IMG/VR virus record: IMGVR_UViG_3300036766_000194
Coordinates: 62,001 to 126,000 of that record
Strand: one strand, 5' to 3'
Length of the DNA: 64,000 bases
Below, one piece after another: positions 9,101-19,220 of the stretch. The notes under the pieces are model-generated. The model had not been told where the DNA came from, did no database searches, and saw only the letters and a program-made list of their open reading frames with translations. The number at the start of each line of letters is the position of its first letter. Position 1 is the first letter of the stretch. The translations under genes were made by a program, and so were the position numbers.

Positions 9101-12100
9101 TAAATGGAATCATGCTTCTACTCAGATTAACTTACCTCCTGATGTAGCTGAACAGGTACTTACTGCTGGGAAAAATGTTCCTGAAGAAATACTATCTCTC
9201 AATGGACGGGATGATAATCCTCATATAAGTTTAAAATACGGGGTGGAGGAGAATGAAGAACTTCTTCGTGAAGCTGTTAAGGGTATTTTTCCTTTCACAG
9301 TTACACTGGGAAAGACTAAGACTTTCTTAGCTCGTGATCCTTACGCTGGAACTCCCCTAGTTGTAGAAGCAGCTGCTCCTGAACTTGCTAAACTTAACAA
9401 GTTGATTGATAAAGCAATAGGGAATAAGCCTGAAGATTTTTCCTTTGAACCTCATGTCACTCTTGCCTATATAGAAGAGAAACATTCTGCGGAATATGTA
9501 GGAAAAGATTGGCTAGCCGGGGTTACGTTTACGGTAGATTCTATTGTTCTTTCTAAGATGAACGGAGAACAAGTTAGCATTCCTTTAGAGACAAAACCGG
9601 AAGAAGAATTCCGTCGCCACGTACCTACTCACTTCAGTTCTCGTTTACTTACAGCTAAACTGCCTGATGTGGATATGAAGCGTTTCAAACGGATTATTGA
9701 ACCTCTCAGACCGCGTTTAATAGGAAAAGATGATGATGAAATTGCCGAAATCCTTAATGAAACACATGAAGATACCGGAGTGTCATACCATCTAAGTACC
9801 CAAGAATCTGGTCACAGCGAATGGGCGCAGAATTATCTTAGCGGCGCGTTTTACGTTGTGGGTCAAGGTGATATTGTTGTCATGTTAGAATATGGTATAG
9901 GAAATTTATTCGAGAATATCACTGAAGAAAAGTGGGGTTATTTTGTAAGTGTGTTGTCTTCTTTAGTTGTGCACGAAGTCACTCATGACTCTCAATTCGC
10001 AGCTATTTTTCACAAATACAAGGGACAGTCCGAACCTATGGAACGCGCTCTTAAAACTATGGAAAGCGGACCCGAACAAGGTAGGGCTGTTTACTTTTCT
10101 AATCTTCATGAGCTAGCTGCCTTTGCCCGCCAAGCAGTAGAAGAATTACGCGAGACACACTACACGGATGAGGATATTTCCAACTTATTGAGGGACTCTA
10201 AGGTCCAGAAAGACGCTATAGGTGATTCTCATGTATTCTACCTTTATTGGGATTTTTTTGGACCAGGAGATCCCATCTATAAGAAGTTCCTTTATCAGAT
10301 GGCAAAGGTCATAGGAACCACCCATGTAGCTTCGGATGAAAGCGCATATCAAGCTGCTGCGGATAAGTTCCATATTGATTATAAAGGAGTTGCCAAAGAT
10401 TATACGACTCCTAGCAATGCTCTAATTATGTACAACGATCCGGTGAGCGGGACTTCCATTGGGGTGTTCGTAGCAGAATTCAGTGAAGATAAAGTTAAAG
10501 AGCATTTGAACGCTGCTCGTCAACGATTTAATTTACCCAAAGTTTCTGGTGATACTATCTCCACTTCACAATTGGAATGTGGTTGGTGTAAAAAGGTTAT
10601 CCGCGAAGGTACCCAACCAGCCAGTCATACTATTTGTCCCGAGTGTCATAAGAAATATTTCCCAGAGACTCTAAAGAAGACTTCCACAAAAATGTATAGT
10701 GGAGGTCGCCCTGGTAGCGGACCGGGTAAAATTGTGACATATTTTACACCAAATAAACAGATGGCTGAGAGCTATGTTTCTCTGTATAATGATCGTTTTG
10801 GTGGAGGTGGAGAATTGAGGGAGGCGGATGTCAATCTTATTAAACCTGCCCCCTATGAAGTTATTGAAGCTGAAGCTAAGAAATTGGGAATTGATAACAC
10901 CCATTACACACCCGCTAGCATTTTTGATAGGAATCTCCACGGCGAGAAAATGGTAGGTACATTAGTAAAGAATCTAAAGGATCAGGGATATGATGGTACT
11001 ATTCTTGATGACATTGGTTATGGCGTAGAGATTCAGGATAAAGCCTTCATTAAGTTTTCCTATAACAAACTCTCTCCTAACCAACCGGGGAAGAAATACG
11101 TTGAAGAAACAAACGGATGGGCGGATCAGAATGAACAGTCTCGTGAAGGCGATGAGGCTTACCCAGAACTTGAAACCTTAGCTCCAGAATTATTTAAGGA
11201 ATCTGCCGTTACATCTCCTCTCAACGCTGTTCAGAATTCTGTAAATAAATTTATGACAGAATTCTGGCCTGATCTTCCTAAGCCTAAAATCAAGATTATA
11301 AATCACACGGTCCCTGTAAGTTTAGGAAATTGTCTTTGGACTTCTAAAGATCCTGATACTTCGATTATAGAGATAGAAAAAGCTGTATGTGGTCACCAAG
11401 AAACACTGGATCGTATTGTAGCTCATGAACTTTGTCATCACGCAGAATACATAAATGAAATCCGTAAGATTCCTACTGACCAAATCAAGATTATGAATCG
11501 GTTACACGGCGATCATGGAAAATGGTGGAAAGCGGAAGCCGACAAAGTAAACAACATATATGGACAGAGCTATGTTACGGTGAAGTCTGACCAAAGTATG
11601 GTTCAGGAACAAGACAAAGAATTTTATGTTCTCCTTAAATCTAGTCCTTATGGGATTATTTGGTGCTATGCCGTTCGTCCTTCTTTAAAGCAAAAATTAT
11701 ACATAAATCATCAGATTCCTCAGGGAGCTAAACTCGTTAAAACTAAAGACATAAGTCTTGCTAGAAATCCTGGTGGAACTATTGGTAGCGGGTGGAGAAG
11801 ACCGGGTACTAAGGAAATGGCAGAAAAACTTTCTACTCTTTGGAATGAAGTTCCCTCTGTAAAGGTATATTCCTTACATAATCCTCTATTTAAGAACGCC
11901 GCAACTGACGTCATTGGACAAGTTTACCTATTACACTTCAATGAACCTTTCAAGCATGCTAGACACTATCTAGGGTGGGCACTGGACGCGGATAGAAGGA
12001 TAGAGCAGCACCGTAACGGAGTCGGCTCACGACTCACCCAAGTCATAAAAGAGAATGAGATAGGCTTCGAGGTTGCTAGAATCTGGGATAATGCTACCCG

Positions 12101-15100
12101 AGGATTTGAGCGTAATCTGAAGAATCAGGGTGGACTTAATCGTCAATGTCCAGTTTGTAGGGCGTTAGGAATGGACTCCCGTAAAAAATGGAAGGAACGT
12201 CAAGAAGAGATTCAAGTTGCTCCTCCGTCAGGTACCTATGGTCCCGACTATGTTCAAACTAGTAAGACTGCTTGTCTTGCTATGACTAAGAGTGCAGGGG
12301 TTGAACCAAGAATTACAACGCAAAAGAGTAGTGTGGATAATGAAGGACATGTACACTACGAAATTAGCATGGTTGACGAGAACGGGGATGATCTTGGATT
12401 CTTAAAGGTCATCGCCAAACCCAAGGGATCTCCAGGAGGAGATTACGAAGAACCGCATTTGAAGATTCACGAGATTTTTGTAGAAGAACATTCTCGCCGT
12501 AGAGGATATGGCACATTGTTATATCAAGCAGCACGGAATCTGGCACGACAGCTTGGCCTGCCAAATGTTTATTCAGACACTACTATCTCAGATGAAGCTC
12601 GTTTGGTTTGGGAAAATAAACTACCCGCAAAACGTTTTAAAGATAATAGAGGAACACCTATTCGTTACCGTATGAAGGCTTCCTCAAATGAATTCTACCA
12701 CGTCACTCGATATGAAAATGCGGCTAATATCTTGGAGCATAATTATTTCCGAACAACAACGGGACAAAATGTAAGAGGATTGTCTACGACAAAAGATCCT
12801 AACTACTGGTGGGGTAGTAAAGAAGTTCGTTTTGTTTTAGACAAACAAAAGCTGTCTGAAAAATACGAATTAAAAAGTGAAAACGAGACCATCTATACCG
12901 AAGGATCTCTTCTTAATGAAAACGAAGTTGTGGTGTTATTTGATTCTGCTATCTTGAATGCTAGAGATTACATCCTTAGAGTGGACTACTTTGAAGCTCC
13001 AGGGGAGCCAGAGTATGAAGACTTTATTTCACAATTGAAAGATGTAAAGTCTAGAAAAATTGGAAATGCTAAATTTGCTGCTTTGTCTACAGCCGAAAAG
13101 AAAATGGTTGATGATCAGAAACTATCTCAGGAATTCACCAAAAAGATTATTGAAATATTAGAAAACCTTCTTAAGAATTACAAATACACCTATCCTGAGG
13201 ATTGGGATAGACTAATTGTCAAAGAACTCAGGAAGAAATTGAATATTTCGGAACAAATTGCTTGGGATTTGGATGATATATTGACTGTTGCTTCATATCT
13301 GGATATATATTCTTACTTTACTGATAAGGGATTACAACTGGCTGGAATTGATCCCAAACTCGTAAAGAAACCAAAACGAGAAATTGAAGAAAGCAGCATG
13401 GGTGATCTTGAAGAGGAAGATAAGAAACTTTTAAAGATGACTTTTCATTCAGAACTTCTTCCCGTGAAGTATTTGTTGCACGGAACGTCTGACAAATTCA
13501 TAGCTGACATTAGAAAAAACGGATTACATGGTAAGAAAATTTATCTCACCACGACGTCAGAAATTGCTACCTCCGAAGCTGAGTATACTGTTGAGGGAGA
13601 TCCTTTTTCAGAAGGAAAGAATTGGGGTCAAATTTCTGGAGGAAAACCCATAGTAATTGTGATTGACCCTAAGAAGATTAAGTTGTCTCTTCGTCCTGAT
13701 CCTGAATATCTTGCTTCCATGAAGGAAGAGGGAGAGATTCCTTATGCTTTCTATACTCGACAGACTGTTCCTCCTTCTGCCATAATTAAGATTGTTTCTC
13801 TTGAGAATGCTGAAAAATATGGAGTGGACAAGAAACCTCCCACCTTAGAGATGATGAAGACCGCCGCTATAGGCTTAGAACAACTCAAACACGATTTTGA
13901 TAAGCGTCCTGCTCAGTTAGTGACAAAACAGGAAGTTTTAGATACGACATTTATCTTACCCGATGGAACTTCCCTAGGATTCTACGATCATCCAGAACGT
14001 GACCAAATCGTAGACGAGAAGAATATACAATTTAAAGATTTTTGTATCCGCACAGGGACTATCTGGTCTAAACGCAGGGAAGACATCTTTCATATATATA
14101 AGCGTCCTAATGATGCTCAGATGGATAGATTACATAAGATGTTTCAACTCAATGGAAGTCAACTGGGTTGGATTATTAACCGGGGTCCTGCTGCTCAAGA
14201 GATAAAGAAAGTTAAAAAGGGAGTTTGGAATAAATTTCTCCGTGAATTGGATATAGTGTATCAGACTGAGGACCGTAAGAAGAAATCATCTAGTAGTAAT
14301 GATTTTAGTGATTTAGTTGATCTTCATACTCAAATTCATAAACACCCGGCTAGAAGTGAGGACCATACTCCTAGTCATGCCCAATGGAGTAATTATGTTA
14401 AACAGTTAGAAAATTTCTATACTAGATTGAAATTGACAGGGGATGAATACTGTGACTGTAAAGAATTTCCTACAATGGGAATGTTTCGAAAAACTCATCC
14501 TCTGGTTACGGTTAAAAGTAATTTAGATAGATTAACCGATGAAGTAGACCACACCTATTCTGAAACAGCCCTTATGGGAATGCATTCATTTCTAACTCAT
14601 TTACAAGATAAACATAAAGACCGTGAGAAGACCAGCGCGTCCTCTTCATTTGATTCTTGGTTCATAGGTTCCAAAGTTGTAGACGCTCAAGGCAAACCCA
14701 TCATTTGTTATCACGGAACAAGCCAACCCTTTTCTCGAATAAACATGGGCAAAGGTTCGCAAGGAGTTTTCTGGGTCACATCAGATCGTTCCAAGATTGA
14801 GCGCGGCGGGGCTGGAGCCAGTTCCAACAAGCACATTCTAGGAATGTATGTCAACATCAAGAAGCCCGCTGGGTGGGATGAATACGAACGTCTTTCTTTA
14901 GGAGAACTGAAGCGTGACTATGATGGGGTTATTCTCCCCGAGGGAGATCATTTTGATGCCATTGTTTTTAAGCCTAACCAAGTCCGGATGGTAAAATCCG
15001 CTGCTACAGATCCTGATGCTTGGAATGAGGAACCTGAGTCTCTTCCTAAGGGAAAAGTAACAGGAGACATGATTAGAAAAGGTGCTTGGTTTCTACTGCC

Positions 15101-15773
15101 TGACGGTACCTGGTTTGGTGTCAGGGCAAGTGAGGCAGAGCACTCCTGGATAGAACACTTAGTCCCGGAAGGTTCCATACGTGTACCAAATGAAATGGTT
15201 TATGATATTTCTAGAAAACCCACAGAAGACCAGAAGCAGGAGATAGCAAGATTAGTGAATCAATCCTCTAGTTTAGTTATGTATTGGGACATTTATAAAG
15301 ATGGAGGGGAATATTCTGGTCAGGGTTCCTTAGGAGATTTTCTACGTTTCTTGAGTAAGATTTATGGTAAAACAGCCTCCTCATCCGAATTAAAACAGAA
15401 TCTTATGCGGTGGCGGGGTAATATCGCGGCCCGTGCTCAAAAAGTCTATGATGAATGGACCCAAAATGAAGAAGGAATAGATACCGAATATGGTGGTGGC
15501 GGACCCTGTGATGCTATAGCAGAACAGATACAAGATTTACTAGAAAGTCTAGGGGTCAACACGATGAGCGGGGGGCAAGAAGGTGACGATCATGCCTGGA
15601 TTATCGCCTATAATTACAAAACTGGTGAAGCCTGTGGAGTGGACATTCCTCATAGTGTATACGAAACTGGAGGGGGCTACTCCTGGAAGAAGATTCCTAA
15701 CGTAGTTTTCACCCCGAATGATGTAGAGATATGGCCCGTAGACATTAAGGACATAGAATATGAAGATCAGTAA
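9093..15773 (+). CDS. Giant polyvalent protein (~2226 aa): 2H phosphoesterase, zincin peptidases, GIY-YIG, GNAT and several ADP-ribosyltransferase-like domains
   Basis: HISL/HVTL (2H); HEVTH and HELCH (zincin/SprT); VYLLHF..PFKHARHYLG (GIY-YIG); RRRGYGTLLY (GNAT); FYHVT..STT, LLHGT..IYLT and CYHGT..FWVT (ART-like). ATG at 9093 overlaps the upstream stop. Confidence 0.85.
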   Translation: MPNKWNHASTQINLPPDVAEQVLTAGKNVPEEILSLNGRDDNPHISLKYGVEENEELLREAVKGIFPFTVTLGKTKTFLARDPYAGTPLVVEAAAPELAKLNKLIDKAIGNKPEDFSFEPHVTLAYIEEKHSAEYVGKDWLAGVTFTVDSIVLSKMNGEQVSIPLETKPEEEFRRHVPTHFSSRLLTAKLPDVDMKRFKRIIEPLRPRLIGKDDDEIAEILNETHEDTGVSYHLSTQESGHSEWAQNYLSGAFYVVGQGDIVVMLEYGIGNLFENITEEKWGYFVSVLSSLVVHEVTHDSQFAAIFHKYKGQSEPMERALKTMESGPEQGRAVYFSNLHELAAFARQAVEELRETHYTDEDISNLLRDSKVQKDAIGDSHVFYLYWDFFGPGDPIYKKFLYQMAKVIGTTHVASDESAYQAAADKFHIDYKGVAKDYTTPSNALIMYNDPVSGTSIGVFVAEFSEDKVKEHLNAARQRFNLPKVSGDTISTSQLECGWCKKVIREGTQPASHTICPECHKKYFPETLKKTSTKMYSGGRPGSGPGKIVTYFTPNKQMAESYVSLYNDRFGGGGELREADVNLIKPAPYEVIEAEAKKLGIDNTHYTPASIFDRNLHGEKMVGTLVKNLKDQGYDGTILDDIGYGVEIQDKAFIKFSYNKLSPNQPGKKYVEETNGWADQNEQSREGDEAYPELETLAPELFKESAVTSPLNAVQNSVNKFMTEFWPDLPKPKIKIINHTVPVSLGNCLWTSKDPDTSIIEIEKAVCGHQETLDRIVAHELCHHAEYINEIRKIPTDQIKIMNRLHGDHGKWWKAEADKVNNIYGQSYVTVKSDQSMVQEQDKEFYVLLKSSPYGIIWCYAVRPSLKQKLYINHQIPQGAKLVKTKDISLARNPGGTIGSGWRRPGTKEMAEKLSTLWNEVPSVKVYSLHNPLFKNAATDVIGQVYLLHFNEPFKHARHYLGWALDADRRIEQHRNGVGSRLTQVIKENEIGFEVARIWDNATRGFERNLKNQGGLNRQCPVCRALGMDSRKKWKERQEEIQVAPPSGTYGPDYVQTSKTACLAMTKSAGVEPRITTQKSSVDNEGHVHYEISMVDENGDDLGFLKVIAKPKGSPGGDYEEPHLKIHEIFVEEHSRRRGYGTLLYQAARNLARQLGLPNVYSDTTISDEARLVWENKLPAKRFKDNRGTPIRYRMKASSNEFYHVTRYENAANILEHNYFRTTTGQNVRGLSTTKDPNYWWGSKEVRFVLDKQKLSEKYELKSENETIYTEGSLLNENEVVVLFDSAILNARDYILRVDYFEAPGEPEYEDFISQLKDVKSRKIGNAKFAALSTAEKKMVDDQKLSQEFTKKIIEILENLLKNYKYTYPEDWDRLIVKELRKKLNISEQIAWDLDDILTVASYLDIYSYFTDKGLQLAGIDPKLVKKPKREIEESSMGDLEEEDKKLLKMTFHSELLPVKYLLHGTSDKFIADIRKNGLHGKKIYLTTTSEIATSEAEYTVEGDPFSEGKNWGQISGGKPIVIVIDPKKIKLSLRPDPEYLASMKEEGEIPYAFYTRQTVPPSAIIKIVSLENAEKYGVDKKPPTLEMMKTAAIGLEQLKHDFDKRPAQLVTKQEVLDTTFILPDGTSLGFYDHPERDQIVDEKNIQFKDFCIRTGTIWSKRREDIFHIYKRPNDAQMDRLHKMFQLNGSQLGWIINRGPAAQEIKKVKKGVWNKFLRELDIVYQTEDRKKKSSSSNDFSDLVDLHTQIHKHPARSEDHTPSHAQWSNYVKQLENFYTRLKLTGDEYCDCKEFPTMGMFRKTHPLVTVKSNLDRLTDEVDHTYSETALMGMHSFLTHLQDKHKDREKTSASSSFDSWFIGSKVVDAQGKPIICYHGTSQPFSRINMGKGSQGVFWVTSDRSKIERGGAGASSNKHILGMYVNIKKPAGWDEYERLSLGELKRDYDGVILPEGDHFDAIVFKPNQVRMVKSAATDPDAWNEEPESLPKGKVTGDMIRKGAWFLLPDGTWFGVRASEAEHSWIEHLVPEGSIRVPNEMVYDISRKPTEDQKQEIARLVNQSSSLVMYWDIYKDGGEYSGQGSLGDFLRFLSKIYGKTASSSELKQNLMRWRGNIAARAQKVYDEWTQNEEGIDTEYGGGGPCDAIAEQIQDLLESLGVNTMSGGQEGDDHAWIIAYNYKTGEACGVDIPHSVYETGGGYSWKKIPNVVFTPNDVEIWPVDIKDIEYEDQ

Positions 15774-15785
15774 TGAGGGTGTTTT

Positions 15786-16124
15786 ATGCTAAATAGATTC
15801 AGAGATTATTTGTATGGAGCGTTTAGTGACCACGGAGAGCCGTCTTGTAGTCGGTTCCTGATGGGTTTGTTTTCTGTGTTTACGGTTGGAATTTTGTGGA
15901 GAATCTTCAGCCACTTGCTAAAGATAAGCAACGATGGTAATGTCGCTGTGCTTAGCACTTGGTTAGGAAATCTTCCCTTTATCATTGCTGCGTTGTGCGC
16001 TCTTATCGCTCTACCTTATACAGTAAATCAGGGAACAGGTGCTATATCTAGCCTGGCAGGTATGGTGAGTGCGTATAAGGGAAATAAAAAATCTGATGCT
16101 GTAAGTCCTGACCCTAAAGTTTAA
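15786..16124 (+). CDS. Small two-TM membrane protein, holin-like
   Basis: Two hydrophobic helices and a charged C-terminus; GAGGG RBS. Confidence 0.5.
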   Translation: MLNRFRDYLYGAFSDHGEPSCSRFLMGLFSVFTVGILWRIFSHLLKISNDGNVAVLSTWLGNLPFIIAALCALIALPYTVNQGTGAISSLAGMVSAYKGNKKSDAVSPDPKV

Positions 16125-16470
16125 CAAAATAGATGTGGGCGGGAGTCCTTTCTACCCGCAAGCCTTGGCAATTGCCGCGTTATTCGGTCACTGCCCAACC
16201 AGGTCATGAACTCTGGCTGTTTAATGGCAGAGGAGATTGGTTACTCCCAACGGGATACAGCCGTAAGAATGATAGTTTTTACGATTTGTCCCGATCTTAC
16301 GAAGCTCAAGATTTGGCCTATCCTGGCTTGTTTAACCTTACACGGCGGATCGCTGTACCACAATCGGACAGTGCTTTTCAGCACCTCCAACTCTGCTATA
16401 TCTCCCGGCAGGAGATTATTCAGCCACCGCATCCATGTATATAATACTGGGAATTTGTGAAAATAACTGT

Positions 16471-17160
16471 TTACATTAAGCAGACGGGCATACCCCCACC
16501 AAATTTTACACCACCACTACTCTTGAAGGACACCGCAGCGCATGCCCAGAAGTCTGTCGTATTACCAAATGCTGTGGAGATGCTGCCCGAGGCTTTATTC
16601 AGGATGTATTGGGCGACGCCGATTACAGCAGGGTCTACTACCCCAAGTGTATACCCCGAACCAGCTGTACCTGTGTTGTTCTCCGTTGTCATCGCAACGA
16701 ATATTAAGTCCGTAGCAGTGGTGCTGAGATTGGCGGTAGTGGGGGTTGTGAGGGTGGCGGTATTGTGGTTCTGTATGGCGGTCACATCAACAGCACTAGT
16801 GGTAGCGACGCCAGAGAACTCATAGAGAGTGAAATCTACATCCGTGAAGGTAGACCCACCAGTAGCCCCCACGGTTGTGGTGGTTGACATAGCTGAGGCA
16901 TTTGCTATGTAGAATATTGTGGTTCTACCGAATGAAGTCCCAGTTGTGTCCGACCACGGTTCTGTTGTGGCAGAAGTCCAAGTAAATCCGCTGGTAACGG
17001 GAGTGGAGATTGAAACGGTGGAGTCACCGTCCGCGCAGGCAACCAATATAAGAAGGCTGCCCGCCGTCGTTGCGGAAGTATATCCCGCAGCAGTTGAGGT
17101 AGCCGATGATGCCCCGCTACCACTCCCACCAGCTTTAGATTGTACGAGTGCGATTGACAT
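16471..17160 (-). CDS. Thr/Ser/Gly-rich putative virion surface protein
   Basis: Low-complexity beta-rich composition; coupled to the upstream gene. Confidence 0.65.
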   Translation of the reverse strand: MSIALVQSKAGGSGSGASSATSTAAGYTSATTAGSLLILVACADGDSTVSISTPVTSGFTWTSATTEPWSDTTGTSFGRTTIFYIANASAMSTTTTVGATGGSTFTDVDFTLYEFSGVATTSAVDVTAIQNHNTATLTTPTTANLSTTATDLIFVAMTTENNTGTAGSGYTLGVVDPAVIGVAQYILNKASGSISTAFGNTTDFWACAAVSFKSSGGVKFGGGMPVCLM

Positions 17161-19214
17161 TAGCTATTATCCTCGGTCCATTCAAAGCTGACGGTTGCGG
17201 TCTGCGTAGCCACAACGGCACCAAGATTCACGCATAGCTGTTGAGCAGTTCCGCGCAAAACAACAGCGGAAGCTCCGCCACGCTCTCCAAATGTCCAGAA
17301 CCATGTATTCGCACCCGCTACTGTCGCTGATTCGTCAAAGAACTGGACTCCACGAATCGTTCCCACGGCTGCGCCCAGAGTCGGCGCGGCTGTGTAGGAG
17401 AGCGGAACAGAGGAAGCAGCGGAAAAACCAGAGTCATAGGGGACTGCTGTCATGGAAGCAGAGGTTCCGGCTGAGTCCGCTGCGGAACGCTTGATTAGCT
17501 GGACGGATTCCAAAGCCGCCGTACCTGTAGTGGAAAGCGATACCTCGACACGAGTTACCCGAACAGTCGTAGAGGCGTTACCAGGTAGGAGAGCAATGTC
17601 GCCCGCAACAGGAGTGAATGATGCGAAGCATGAGTAAGTTTTCTTGCGACCTTCAATGTTGACGTTTACGCCGCCCGTCGTATCGCACTGAACAGCCACA
17701 GCCTGTCCAGCGGTAAGGGCGGGAATAGTGGTCTGATAGACGGAAGAAATTGCCAACGCATTCGTAGGAGCGGTTGCTGCTCCTATGGTGGAGTCAAGAG
17801 TTGCCCCGGCGTTGCCAATGACTCTCGCTGTTCCAATAACCTTAGTGGTTTCAGCAGCCAGAGTAGCAGCAGCTTGAACAGCAAATGTCCCACCGTTACT
17901 TACGACCCAAGGAGAAGTTCCTTGATTGACTGTTCCAATAACCTTTGTGGTTTCAGCAGCCAGAGTAGCAGCTGTTACAGATCCAGCGTCAGTGACGCAA
18001 TGTAAATTGGTTCCTGTACCTTGAACGACTGTTGCGTTCAAACTAGCTGCCGTCGCCTGAGTTACAGCGATAGTCTGTGAAGCCGCTATTGTTGCCGTTA
18101 CGGGGAACGTAGATGCAGCATTACTGCGAACATATACATCGCCATCAGCTGCGGTTACGGCGGCTACTAGAGAACCAGAAGGATTGACTTTTACATCGAC
18201 GTACCCTCCCCCTCCCCCTGTTGTAACACCTGTGATAACACTATGAGTACAGAGTAGGTTATCGTCTCCGTTCAATCCTGTGTCCAAATCTTTTACAGTA
18301 GCTTGAACGACAGAAGGAATTAACAGCGTCTGTAGTCTAAAACTTGTCTGATTTGTCCCCCCATTGACGTAAACTACTCGCGCATACCGGGCATGAATAC
18401 CTGTGGCCAAACTAGCGGAAGAAGCAGCCGCTGCTGCTCCCGTAATTATGTGATCCCAGTTAGAGTTATCCGTAGAGAATTGAATCTGGAGTGTTCCCGC
18501 TACGTTAGAAAGAGATTGAACTTGTATACTTATATAGCCCAGCGTAACCAAGTCCATAGTTGTTCCGGTGAAGGTAGCACTAGCTAGCAAGGTAGCAGTT
18601 GTGCTATTCCCCGCGCTTACGACAGCAAAATTACCTGTGACTCCGTCTGAGACTAATATAGGACTAGAATTCTGAATATGAACGTTGAGTCCAGTTGTAG
18701 CAGGGGAGCCTTCTGTGGTGGAACTGAGTAGATTTCCCGTCCCATCAGAAGTTCTTACAACACCAATAACCTTAGTGGTTTCTGCGGTGAGAGTGGCTTG
18801 AACAGCGAATGTTCCTGAATTTGATACGACCCAAGGAGAAGTAGATTGGGTGACTCCTACCGTTCCAGTAATTGTGGTGGAAGTAAGCGTAACAGGTATA
18901 GCAGAAGCATTTTGAATATGAACATTTAATCCAGTTGTAACTGGGCTACCTTCATTGGTAGAAGACACAGCATTACCACTACCATCCTGGGTACGGACAA
19001 CCCACACTCCTGACTCAGTAACCGCCACTGTTCCTGTAACAACAGTTGTAGATCCCGAATCCGCAATGATATGACCGATTACGTTAATTCCAGAAGGGAT
19101 GGAAGCAATTTTAAGATTACCGTTGACGTCTAATTGGACCGCACTCATCTGACCATTTGTCAGCGTCGGCGGAGTGGTATTGTAGACGCCGTTGTTAAAG
19201 GGATTATAGCTCAT
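17160..19214 (-). CDS. Putative tail-fibre/virion decoration protein with internal repeats
   Basis: Repeats ATL(A/T)AETTKVIG x3, TSPWVVSN.GTFAVQA x2 and EGSP.TTGLNVHIQN x2. Confidence 0.7.
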   Translation of the reverse strand: MSYNPFNNGVYNTTPPTLTNGQMSAVQLDVNGNLKIASIPSGINVIGHIIADSGSTTVVTGTVAVTESGVWVVRTQDGSGNAVSSTNEGSPVTTGLNVHIQNASAIPVTLTSTTITGTVGVTQSTSPWVVSNSGTFAVQATLTAETTKVIGVVRTSDGTGNLLSSTTEGSPATTGLNVHIQNSSPILVSDGVTGNFAVVSAGNSTTATLLASATFTGTTMDLVTLGYISIQVQSLSNVAGTLQIQFSTDNSNWDHIITGAAAAASSASLATGIHARYARVVYVNGGTNQTSFRLQTLLIPSVVQATVKDLDTGLNGDDNLLCTHSVITGVTTGGGGGYVDVKVNPSGSLVAAVTAADGDVYVRSNAASTFPVTATIAASQTIAVTQATAASLNATVVQGTGTNLHCVTDAGSVTAATLAAETTKVIGTVNQGTSPWVVSNGGTFAVQAAATLAAETTKVIGTARVIGNAGATLDSTIGAATAPTNALAISSVYQTTIPALTAGQAVAVQCDTTGGVNVNIEGRKKTYSCFASFTPVAGDIALLPGNASTTVRVTRVEVSLSTTGTAALESVQLIKRSAADSAGTSASMTAVPYDSGFSAASSVPLSYTAAPTLGAAVGTIRGVQFFDESATVAGANTWFWTFGERGGASAVVLRGTAQQLCVNLGAVVATQTATVSFEWTEDNS

Positions 19215-19220
19215 GTTGTC

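Noticed and set aside
16133-17637. Plus-strand ORFs (16133, 16206, 16457, 16919, 17291, 17452)
   Set aside because: Antisense to low-complexity minus-strand genes or lacking RBS and homology cues. A small minus-strand ORF at 16241-16432 is possible but unsupported.
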